Source: Methanosalsum natronophilum (GTDB taxonomy: Archaea; Halobacteriota; Methanosarcinia; Methanosarcinales; Methanosarcinaceae). Taken from it: a stretch of DNA of 24,000 nt. A program made the position numbers and the translations under genes. How positions within the stretch are numbered: the stretch's first letter is position 1; each line of letters begins with the position of its first letter. This document shows positions 7,591 through 16,406 of the stretch, one piece after another. Location: positions 105,386 through 129,385 of the forward strand of contig NZ_JANUCS010000003.1 in NCBI RefSeq assembly GCF_024808815.1, written 5' to 3'. The notes under the pieces are model-generated. The model saw nothing but the letters and a program-made list of their open reading frames with translations, made no database searches and was not told the origin of the DNA.

Positions 7591-8361
7591 TTATGTATTG
7601 ACCTTATTAAAAGACCAACCTCCAAGCATGACCATAGATATAGCAAATAAGGCTATAACTGTAATACTAACAAACGGAGATATTTGTGGATCAGCAATCA
7701 AAGCCCATCTTAAAGACTCAATACCATATGTAAGTGGATTTAACAAAACGATTATCCTTATCCATGTAGGAAGATCTGTAATCGGATAAAATGCTGAACT
7801 AGCCATTAAGAGTGGAAATGTTAAGAACGTCATAACCAATTGAAATCCTTCAATCGACTCTATCTTGGAAGCGATTGAGATTCCTAGACCAATAAATCCT
7901 AGTCCTATAAGTAGCATTATTAAAATGCTAATAATCTGTCCAAGTGCTGATATATAATTAACACCAATTAATCCTGCTATGACCATTAATATCACTCCTT
8001 GAATCATAGCAGTAGTAACTCCACCAACTGCTTTTCCAAGCGCAGTATAGAATCGGCTAACTGGGGCAATGAGTATTTCTTTTAAATATCCAAATTCTCT
8101 ATCCCATATTATTGAAATTCCGCCAGTGAGTGATGAAAATAAAATTGACATTGCGATAATACCTGGTGCCATGTAGTCAATATAGCTAACTCCATTGATA
8201 TCAATGGCTGTATCTAAAGCAGAACCTAAGAAAACTAAGAAAAAAAGGGGTGTAGCAATAGATCCAATTATTCTTGACTTAGATCTTTTAAATCTAAGCA
8301 TTTCTCTAAGCCAAAGTGTATACACGGTGTGGCTAGCATTTCTTATTTCATCTACTCTCAT
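7591..8361 (-). CDS. ABC-2 type transporter permease (no cognate ATPase in window)
   Basis: 256 aa, about 6 hydrophobic segments. N-terminal LWLREMLRFKRSKSRIIGS and WDREFGYLKEILIAPVSR match ABC-2 (DrrB/NodJ-like) permeases. ATG overlaps the ubiX stop (ATGA). Confidence 0.8.
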   Translation of the reverse strand: MRVDEIRNASHTVYTLWLREMLRFKRSKSRIIGSIATPLFFLVFLGSALDTAIDINGVSYIDYMAPGIIAMSILFSSLTGGISIIWDREFGYLKEILIAPVSRFYTALGKAVGGVTTAMIQGVILMVIAGLIGVNYISALGQIISILIMLLIGLGFIGLGISIASKIESIEGFQLVMTFLTFPLLMASSAFYPITDLPTWIRIIVLLNPLTYGIESLRWALIADPQISPFVSITVIALFAISMVMLGGWSFNKVNT

Positions 8362-8918
8362 TCATCTCTCCAACGCCGGTAAATATCAGTGTTTATTCCC
8401 ATAATATCGAGGGCTCTTCCTGCAATAATATTGAATAAATCATCAATACTGCTGGGTTTAGAGTAGAATCCGGGACATGCTGGAAGAATACAAGCACCTG
8501 CATCATTAGCTTCCAACATGTTTTTTAAATGAACACGATTTAATGGGGTTTCTCTGGTAACAAGAACTAACTTGTTTTTTTCTTTTAAACAAACATCAGC
8601 AGCCCTTGTAAGTAAATTATCTGTAACTCCATTTGATATTGATGCAAGTGTTTTCATACTACAAGGGGCTATAACCATTCCTATGTTATTGAAAGATCCG
8701 CTTGCAATTGGTGCCATGAAATCTTTTTCATTATAAGTGTAAGTGGCGAGACTTTTTATATAATCTAGATCGTATTCACTTTCAATTTCTATTATTTTTT
8801 CTGCAGAATTGGTTATTATTAAATGGATGTCAAATTCTTTATCCTTAAGAGTTTCTAATATCCGAATTCCATAATTAACACCTGAAGCACCACTTATTCC
8901 AACTACAATATTTCTCAA
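8358..8918 (-). CDS. ubiX: Flavin prenyltransferase UbiX
   Basis: 186 aa. Has VVGISGASGVNYGIRIL, MVIAPCSMKTLA and LVTRETPL motifs of UbiX/Pad1. The start is a TTG overlapping the upstream stop (TTGA), with a GGAGGA SD. Confidence 0.9.
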   Translation of the reverse strand: MRNIVVGISGASGVNYGIRILETLKDKEFDIHLIITNSAEKIIEIESEYDLDYIKSLATYTYNEKDFMAPIASGSFNNIGMVIAPCSMKTLASISNGVTDNLLTRAADVCLKEKNKLVLVTRETPLNRVHLKNMLEANDAGACILPACPGFYSKPSSIDDLFNIIAGRALDIMGINTDIYRRWRDE

Positions 8919-9274
8919 TTATTTTCCTCCAAAATTGAAATCAATTTATCTACTAAATAATATGAGGCATCAACAATATCCTGAATTTCCTTTTTGGTTA
9001 TGTTGTCTAGATGTATTCCAGCTACAAAAACAGTAGTTTTTTTAGTAGATTCGCATATTTTTTTAGCACAATTATTAGCTATTTCTTCCTCTTTATGTTC
9101 GGGTACTGACATTACTGAAGTGATAGCTAAGTTCCTAAATGAGTCAAAATAGGCCATACAAGATGAGCCAATATGTTCTTCTCCACCCCTTAATAAGATC
9201 AAATAATCATTTCCTACATTAATCCAGTCCAAAAATAATTCGATGCGGCCCAAATTTTTGGTTATACGTTGCAT
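8915..9274 (-). CDS. LpdD-like small protein (putative prenyl-FMN handling partner of UbiX/UbiD systems)
   Basis: 119 aa. LILLRGGEEHIGS and VAGIHLDNITKKEI resemble the GGxxPHIG and AGIHxxxIT motifs I recall from LpdD-type subunits. Translationally coupled directly upstream of ubiX. The family call is from memory. Confidence 0.5.
   Translation of the reverse strand: MQRITKNLGRIELFLDWINVGNDYLILLRGGEEHIGSSCMAYFDSFRNLAITSVMSVPEHKEEEIANNCAKKICESTKKTTVFVAGIHLDNITKKEIQDIVDASYYLVDKLISILEENN
8925..8930 (-). promoter_or_regulatory. Shine-Dalgarno GGAGGA for ubiX
   Basis: Plus-strand TCCTCC, 6 nt upstream of the TTG start at 8918, inside the 3' end of the LpdD-like gene. Confidence 0.6.
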
Positions 9275-9286
9275 ATTTACCTCTTT

Positions 9287-10483
9287 TTATAATTCAGTTA
9301 ATCTAAATTGTTTAGTGTTCTTTTTCACATCAAAAAAGTCTCTTGCAACATTATTAACAGGTTCTCGATATTCCTCAGGTGTGTAAACTCCCATCTTCCA
9401 ATTATCAAGATGAGCTTTTTCTAAAATAGAGACTATATGGGAAGCCTCATCAATTCTTAAGAGATTATTATCCTTTTTCACCATTGCTTTTAGTTCAGTA
9501 ATTTCAGGTAATTTTGGAATATCCACAAGTATGTTTTCCGAATCAATTCCAACAATTTCAGCAATCTCATTCTCAATTCTATCTACATTGTTCTTCATTT
9601 TTAATACCGAATCACTAACTTCATCAAAACCAACATAAAGTGCTCTCTTATACAATCTTCTTTCATCTAATCTTTGAGCTATATCAGAAGCATACCCATC
9701 ATCATTTTTCATAGCTTGGAAAAGCTGTGCATCATCCATTTCTCTTAACCTAAATACATCAATGGATCCTTTATTAATCAAATATCTGATAGCTTTCGAA
9801 CACATAGTCTCAGCAATTCTCGAAACATGGTGGAAGTAGACAGATGGGTGCATTAAAAATCTGGATACCAGTAAAGATTCAGCTGCTTTAAGGCCTCCGA
9901 TAGTCACAACTAGTTTCTGCTCATAAAAATCCATTTCATGTATTAATCGAATATGGTCTACTAGTCCAAAGGTTACACCTGTATAATGTGCATCTCTGAT
10001 AAGGTAGTCCATCCGGTCTACATCAATTTCGCTACATAAAATCTGTCCAATAGAAGTTTCACCTTTAATATGTTTAGCTAATGTAGAAGGATTCAATCCA
10101 AACTCATGCAATACTTCTCTTATTTGTCCTTTATTAATTATCTCTTTAACATCATCATGTTTTTTACGAGTATAATATTTAATGATGCCCTCGCTTACAT
10201 GTGAAAGGGGACCATGTCCAATATCATGTAACAGTGAAGCAGCTTTTAGTTCAGTCTTTTCATCTGAACTCATGCTTTCCAATTGGTTGGTTAACATTGT
10301 TGCTAAATGCATTGTACCTAAAGAATGTTCAAAACGTGTATGATTCGCACCTGGATATACCAGGTTCGATGTACCTAACTGCCGTATTCTTCTGAGGCGT
10401 TGCATTTTTTTTGTGTCACATATCTTAAGACTCATAGAATCCATTTCTATGTATCCATGTACAGGGTCTCTAATAACTTTCAT
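9287..10483 (-). CDS. HD-domain phosphohydrolase, SAMHD1/EF1143-like (COG1078-type)
   Basis: 398 aa. Has IRDPVHGYI, RFEHSLGT, LLHDIGHGPLSH and DVDRMDYLIRDAHYTG, the full HD...D metal-binding signature of this family. Lies 12 nt upstream of the LpdD-like gene, which has a GAGGT SD. Confidence 0.85.
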   Translation of the reverse strand: MKVIRDPVHGYIEMDSMSLKICDTKKMQRLRRIRQLGTSNLVYPGANHTRFEHSLGTMHLATMLTNQLESMSSDEKTELKAASLLHDIGHGPLSHVSEGIIKYYTRKKHDDVKEIINKGQIREVLHEFGLNPSTLAKHIKGETSIGQILCSEIDVDRMDYLIRDAHYTGVTFGLVDHIRLIHEMDFYEQKLVVTIGGLKAAESLLVSRFLMHPSVYFHHVSRIAETMCSKAIRYLINKGSIDVFRLREMDDAQLFQAMKNDDGYASDIAQRLDERRLYKRALYVGFDEVSDSVLKMKNNVDRIENEIAEIVGIDSENILVDIPKLPEITELKAMVKKDNNLLRIDEASHIVSILEKAHLDNWKMGVYTPEEYREPVNNVARDFFDVKKNTKQFRLTEL

Positions 10484-10679
10484 ATTAAATCTCTTATGTA
10501 ATGATATATTGTACTAAAGTATGTTTTTTCTCTGTTATAACTTTAAACCTTTTATTTGAACACTAGACTCTTAATTTCATCTACTCGTAAAAAAAGATGA
10601 ACAACATTTAAATGCAGTAAAAAATATGCTAATTCAAAATATATAATAATTTTAATTTAGGCTGTATTGAAGGTATATT

Positions 10680-11600
10680 ATGATTGTTTTATCAGGTGGA
10701 ACAGGAACACCAAAATTAATACAAGGCTTCTCTAACACAGAAATGAGTGATGAAATTAAAGTAATTGTTAATACTGCTGAAGATAAATGGGTAAGCAGTA
10801 ATCTAGTATGCCCTGATGTAGATACGATTCTATATTTATTGTCAAATAAACTTGACACATCAAAATGGTGGGGGATCAAAAATGATACATTTAAAACTTA
10901 TCATCAACTTCAAGAACTTGGGTATGAAGAAGATATGATGATTGGTGATATGGATCGAAGCACTCATATTATCAGAACAAGCCTTTTAAGTGAAGGAAAA
11001 TCTCTTTCAGAATCAATTAATTCACTTCGTATTTTGTTTGATATATCTACAGAGGTATATCCAATGTCAGATGACCCTATATCGACCTATGTAAATACAG
11101 ATAAAGGTACACTTCACTATCAAGATTTCTGGATAAAAGAGAAAGGACTTCCAGAGGTATCTGATGTTTGGATTGAAGGTATTAATGAAGCAAAAATATC
11201 ACCAATGGCGTTAAAAGCCTTACATAATGATGATAGGGTACTGATTGGCCCAAGCAATCCAGTGACGAGTATAGGCCCGATTCTTGCATTAAAAGAGATG
11301 CGTGACATCCTAGAAGAAAAAACAGTTCTTGCAGTAAGTCCAATAATCTCTAAAAAAGCTTTCAGTGGACCAGCGGTTAACTTAATGAAAGCAAAAAACA
11401 TTGAAATATCTTCATCAGGCGTAGCCAGTGAGTACAAAGAACTAATAGATGGATTTATTGTTGATGTTAGGGATGACTGCCCATTGTCATCATTTAAAGG
11501 AGACTATAAGGTATACCGTGAAGATACTCTAATGACATCTTTAAATGCAAGCAAAAATCTTGCTCGATCAATTATTAATATATTTGATAACTTAAGTTGA
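10680..11600 (+). CDS. cofD: 2-phospho-L-lactate transferase CofD (coenzyme F420 biosynthesis)
   Basis: 306 aa. Has the MIVLSGGTGTPKLIQG N-terminus and IGPSNPVTSIGPIL motif typical of CofD. Confidence 0.9.
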   Translation: MIVLSGGTGTPKLIQGFSNTEMSDEIKVIVNTAEDKWVSSNLVCPDVDTILYLLSNKLDTSKWWGIKNDTFKTYHQLQELGYEEDMMIGDMDRSTHIIRTSLLSEGKSLSESINSLRILFDISTEVYPMSDDPISTYVNTDKGTLHYQDFWIKEKGLPEVSDVWIEGINEAKISPMALKALHNDDRVLIGPSNPVTSIGPILALKEMRDILEEKTVLAVSPIISKKAFSGPAVNLMKAKNIEISSSGVASEYKELIDGFIVDVRDDCPLSSFKGDYKVYREDTLMTSLNASKNLARSIINIFDNLS

Positions 11601-11630
11601 GTGGATAATTGTTTTTAATGGAGATTTTAA

Positions 11631-12206
11631 ATGAATGATAAATTATATAATTCTCTTATAAATGCACCCACAGTTAACCGAGGTAATTATACTTATTTCA
11701 TTCATCCAATTTCAGACGGAGTTCCTCTACTAGAACCTTCCTTACTGAATGAGATATCTGATAATATCATTGAGAAGGTCGATATGGATGTCGATTGTAT
11801 AATAACTATTGAAGCTATGGGTATTCCTATTGCAACATCTTTATCGTTGAAAACCGGAGTTCCAGTTTCAATTGTACGTAAAAGGAAATATGAGTTACCA
11901 GGTGAAATCGAAATATCGCAGAGTACTGGCTATTCTAAAGGAAAATTATACATTAATGGCATATCTGCAGATACTAAAGTTCTAATAGTCGATGATGTAC
12001 TGAGTACGGGTGGTACACTGAGATCGCTTGTTAAAGCACTTGGTCAAATTGGTGCACAAATTTCAGATATAGTTGTTGTGATTGAAAGAGGAAATGGTGC
12101 TAAAGAACTCGCAAAAGAAGGTTTGGAGATAATTTCATTATCCCGTGTAGATGTGATTGATAACAAAGTTGTTGTAGAGAGAATATATGGTGAAAACAAG
12201 CAATAA
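11631..12206 (+). CDS. hpt: Archaeal-type hypoxanthine/guanine phosphoribosyltransferase
   Basis: 191 aa. YTYFIHPISDGVP, TIEAMGIPIATSLSLKTG, SQSTGYSKG and the PRPP loop VLIVDDVLSTGGT closely match archaeal Hpt. GGAG SD 7 nt upstream. Confidence 0.85.
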   Translation: MNDKLYNSLINAPTVNRGNYTYFIHPISDGVPLLEPSLLNEISDNIIEKVDMDVDCIITIEAMGIPIATSLSLKTGVPVSIVRKRKYELPGEIEISQSTGYSKGKLYINGISADTKVLIVDDVLSTGGTLRSLVKALGQIGAQISDIVVVIERGNGAKELAKEGLEIISLSRVDVIDNKVVVERIYGENKQ

Positions 12207-13182
12207 TCTTGAGTTTGATCTTGAATATATATTTAAAATCATTAATAAACAAAATCCAGATAAAATAGGATTGCAATTTCCTGAAGGATTAAAAAGACAG
12301 AGCTTTAATATAGCGTCACTAATTGAAGATCATACTGGCAAAGACGTTATTATTTCAGGTGATCCTTGCTTTGGAGCTTGTGACATAGACTATTATTTAC
12401 TTTCAACTGTTGACATAATGTTTCATTTTGGGCATTCTACAATGAATATAGAGGATAACAGTACTGTTTATTTCATTGAATGTCAATCGAATATCGATTT
12501 AACTAATGTTGTAAAAAAGGCCATACCTGAGCTTAAAGGGAAAAAAATAGGAATTATAACTACAGTGCAACATACTGGTAAAATTCAATCTGCTGTAAAG
12601 ATATTAGAATCTCATGGGTTTGAAGTTATATTAGGTACTGGTGACTCTAGAATAAAATATCCTGGCCAGGTCCTTGGTTGTAACTTTTCAGTGACTGATT
12701 CCAGTCAATGTGATGAATATTTATACGTAGGGAGTGGAAATTTTCATCCAATAGGTGTATATTTATCAAAAGGGAAAAGGGTTATTATAGCAGATCCTTT
12801 TATGGACGAGATTCGTATAGTAGACCCCTTTAAAACAATGAAACAAAGGTACATTGTAATAGCTAAATGCCATGATGCAATTGATTTTGGTATAATAGTT
12901 TCTAAAAAGGGAGGTCAAAAAAGGGATAAATTAGCTACGAAGTTAAAAAAACTAGCAAAGAATCATAATAAAAATGCATATATAATTTATATGGATTTGA
13001 TCACTCCTGAACAACTGTTAAATTTTAAAGTTGATGCATTTATCAATACGGCTTGTCCTAGAATTGCTATTGATGATGTTGGTAACTACCAATCTCCTAT
13101 ACTAACACCAATTGAATTTGAGATACTTTTAGGTGAACGCAACTGGGATGACCTTGCGCTTGATGAAATAAGAGGCGACTGA
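12187..13182 (+). CDS. dph2: 2-(3-amino-3-carboxypropyl)histidine synthase Dph2 (diphthamide biosynthesis)
   Basis: 331 aa. Has KIGLQFPEGLK, GDPCFGACD, YVGSGNFHP and NTACPRI motifs of archaeal Dph2. Overlaps hpt by 20 nt. Confidence 0.85.
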   Translation: MVKTSNNLEFDLEYIFKIINKQNPDKIGLQFPEGLKRQSFNIASLIEDHTGKDVIISGDPCFGACDIDYYLLSTVDIMFHFGHSTMNIEDNSTVYFIECQSNIDLTNVVKKAIPELKGKKIGIITTVQHTGKIQSAVKILESHGFEVILGTGDSRIKYPGQVLGCNFSVTDSSQCDEYLYVGSGNFHPIGVYLSKGKRVIIADPFMDEIRIVDPFKTMKQRYIVIAKCHDAIDFGIIVSKKGGQKRDKLATKLKKLAKNHNKNAYIIYMDLITPEQLLNFKVDAFINTACPRIAIDDVGNYQSPILTPIEFEILLGERNWDDLALDEIRGD

Positions 13183-13189
13183 TTTTTTC

Positions 13190-13783
13190 ATGAAAAAGAA
13201 AAAACTTGAAATTACCCTTGAAAAAGTTGAAAGATTTAAAAGTCCTAATCATAATTTAGAGCAATACTCAACCCCAGCTATAGTTGCATCTAGTATGTTA
13301 CATTTTGCTTATATGAGAGGTGATATCAAGGACAGTGTAATATACGATCTTGGGTGTGGTACTGGGATATTATCAATAGGTGCGAAACTCCTCGGTGCTA
13401 AAGAAGTTATTGGATTTGACTTGGATGAAATGGCGTTAAAAGAAGCTAGAGTGAATGCTAATAAAAGGTCAGTTGATATTGAATTTAAATTGGAAAGTAT
13501 AAAAAACATTCAAGGAAATTGTGATACAGTTATAATGAACCCACCATTCGGAGCACAAAAAAAAGGGGCAGATAGACCTTTTCTAGAAAAAGCAATAGAT
13601 TTAGCAACTGTAATCTATTCAATACATAACTATGGGAGTTATGATTTTATAAGTCAATTTATATATCCTGCGAAGATAACAGACTACTATACAATTTCTT
13701 TTCCTATTAAACGAACATTCAATTTTCATACAAAAGATTTGGAATATATTCAAGCTGAAATATTTAGAATTGTGAAAATATAA
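13190..13783 (+). CDS. SAM-dependent N6-adenine methyltransferase, METTL5-like (COG2263-type)
   Basis: 197 aa. Has LEQYSTPA, the SAM motif I DLGCGTGILSIGA and the catalytic NPPFG motif. Confidence 0.8.
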   Translation: MKKKKLEITLEKVERFKSPNHNLEQYSTPAIVASSMLHFAYMRGDIKDSVIYDLGCGTGILSIGAKLLGAKEVIGFDLDEMALKEARVNANKRSVDIEFKLESIKNIQGNCDTVIMNPPFGAQKKGADRPFLEKAIDLATVIYSIHNYGSYDFISQFIYPAKITDYYTISFPIKRTFNFHTKDLEYIQAEIFRIVKI

Positions 13784-13874
13784 CGATCAAATCTTAGATA
13801 CATTTATTTATATTGAGCAAAACTTTAAGGGTAAATTACATTTTTTATGAAAATCTATGTATACACAGCTATTG

Positions 13875-13884
13875 TTATAAATAT
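13875..13884 (+). promoter_or_regulatory. Candidate TATA box upstream of csl4
   Basis: TTATAAATAT in the 230-bp gap after the methyltransferase. It would place a transcription start near 13905, just upstream of the out-of-frame ATG at 13929. Confidence 0.3.
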
Positions 13885-14013
13885 ATGTTTAGAATATTAT
13901 ATTCATATAACTTTCCGGAAAAATCAACATGAGGGATACATATTAGGATAAGAAGTAAAAAGAAATCATCAAGGCGTCGTCTACATTCTTCCAAAAATAA
14001 AGATGAGAATATA

Positions 14014-14673
14014 TTGTCAAATAAAAAAGATCAAAAAGTAGCTAAAGAAAGTTCAACAAAAAGAAAAGGTAAAAAAAGTACATCCAAGAAACAGGAAGAA
14101 TCCTATCCGAGTAATAAGGATAAAATAGTGATGCCAGGTGAACTTTTAGGAATTGTTGAAGAACTTGAACCTAGAGAAGGAACTTATACTTACTCTGGAG
14201 ATATATATTCTAGCATCACTGGAAAAGTAATTGTAGATAAAGATAAAAGGACAATTTCAATACAACCTCTCACAAACACTCCATACAAACTGAAGAGTGG
14301 CGATATTGTGATAGGAGAAATAGTCAATGTTCGCGATTCAATTGCCATGGTTTCAATATCAGCTGTTAAAGGTCTGGATGAAAGAGAAATTTTAAACGAC
14401 TCAAATTTTGTAATACGTATTTCGGATATTAGAGACTCTTATGTCCAAGATTTATCAAGAGAATTTTCATTGGGCGATGTTGTGAAAGCAAAAATAATTG
14501 ATATAAATAATATGAGATTGACCACCTCGGGTGATAGTCTTGGAGTTATGACATCAAGATGTGCTAGATGTCATGAAATATTATCACTAGAAGAAGATAA
14601 ATTACAATGTCCATCATGCTCAAGGATCGAAAATAGGAAAATGTCTAAAGATTATGGGACAGGTGTAATTTAA
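14014..14673 (+). CDS. csl4: Exosome complex RNA-binding subunit Csl4 with Lys-rich N-terminal extension
   Basis: Core PGELLGIVEE..., an S1-like middle domain and a C-terminal zinc ribbon CARCH...CPSC match Csl4. The track start is a TTG. A canonical-length protein would start at the ATG at 14131. The reading frame stays open upstream to 13933. Confidence 0.8.
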   Translation: MSNKKDQKVAKESSTKRKGKKSTSKKQEESYPSNKDKIVMPGELLGIVEELEPREGTYTYSGDIYSSITGKVIVDKDKRTISIQPLTNTPYKLKSGDIVIGEIVNVRDSIAMVSISAVKGLDEREILNDSNFVIRISDIRDSYVQDLSREFSLGDVVKAKIIDINNMRLTTSGDSLGVMTSRCARCHEILSLEEDKLQCPSCSRIENRKMSKDYGTGVI

Positions 14674-14789
14674 TAAAGGTAACCTGTTGAACAAAATAAT
14701 GATAATTAGAAGTTAAGATGATATTTTGAGATAATGCTCTGAAACTTAATTCTACGATTTTTATAGATACTTTAATTGAGGTAATGATA

Positions 14790-15065
14790 ATGGAATTAAA
14801 AATAATTGATAAAACAAATGATGAACTCAGCCTTGAGATAAAAGGTGAAGATCACACATTCCTGAACATGTTAAAATTCATTTTGTTAGAAGATGACAGA
14901 GTCAATATTGCTACATATGATATAAAACATGTGAGTATAAGTGATCCGGTCCTGTATATGAAAACAGAGGGTTATGATCCAATTGAAGTTATTAGGGATG
15001 CGTTATCTAATATGTCACAAGAATGTGACGAGTTCCTGGATGCTTTTAGTAAAACAGTTAACTAA
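14790..15065 (+). CDS. rpoL: DNA-directed RNA polymerase subunit L (Rpo11)
   Basis: LSLEIKGEDHTFLNMLKFILLEDDRV...HVSISDPVLYMKTEG matches RpoL. GAGGT at 14778..14782 is 7 nt from the ATG at 14790 but only 1 nt from the ATG at 14784, so I prefer 14790. Confidence 0.85.
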   Translation: MELKIIDKTNDELSLEIKGEDHTFLNMLKFILLEDDRVNIATYDIKHVSISDPVLYMKTEGYDPIEVIRDALSNMSQECDEFLDAFSKTVN

Positions 15066-15072
15066 TGTTTGA

Positions 15073-16284
<1,212 letters not shown>

Positions 16285-16299
16285 TTTATTAATACTACC

Positions 16300-16310
16300 T
16301 TTTATTTTTT
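16300..16310 (+). terminator. Oligo-T terminator after SepCysS
   Basis: TTTTATTTTTT begins 16 nt after the TAA stop. Flanking CTACCTTT/AAAGGTAG could also pair. Confidence 0.5.
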
Positions 16311-16382
16311 GTAAATAAGGTAAAAGTTGAAAGGTAGCATAGTTTCATATTTTTATACATTTTGTACTTTCAATGTTCTGCT

Positions 16383-16399
16383 AAAAATGAAAATAAAAA
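16383..16399 (-). terminator. Oligo-T terminator after the 379-aa hypothetical gene
   Basis: The minus strand reads TTTTTATTTTCATTTTT starting 8 nt after the TAA stop. Confidence 0.5.
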
Positions 16400-16406
16400 T
16401 GAACTG

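Noticed and set aside
7598-8404. Plus-strand ORFs 7598..7789 and 8195..8404 opposite the ABC-2 permease and ubiX
   Set aside because: They are antisense shadows. The minus strand shows canonical permease and UbiX motifs and coupled start/stop junctions.
9287-10483. HD/SAMHD1-like protein as an antiviral dNTP-depletion defence gene
   Set aside because: There are no neighbouring defence, mobile or hypervariable genes. It sits in a tightly coupled housekeeping-type operon, and this COG1078-type family is broadly conserved in archaea.
10201-11437. ORFs 10201..10395 (+), 10652..10879 (-) and 11120..11437 (-)
   Set aside because: They are antisense to the HD gene or to cofD and lack start context. 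The 10652..10879 ORF merely spans the cofD 5' end and promoter region.
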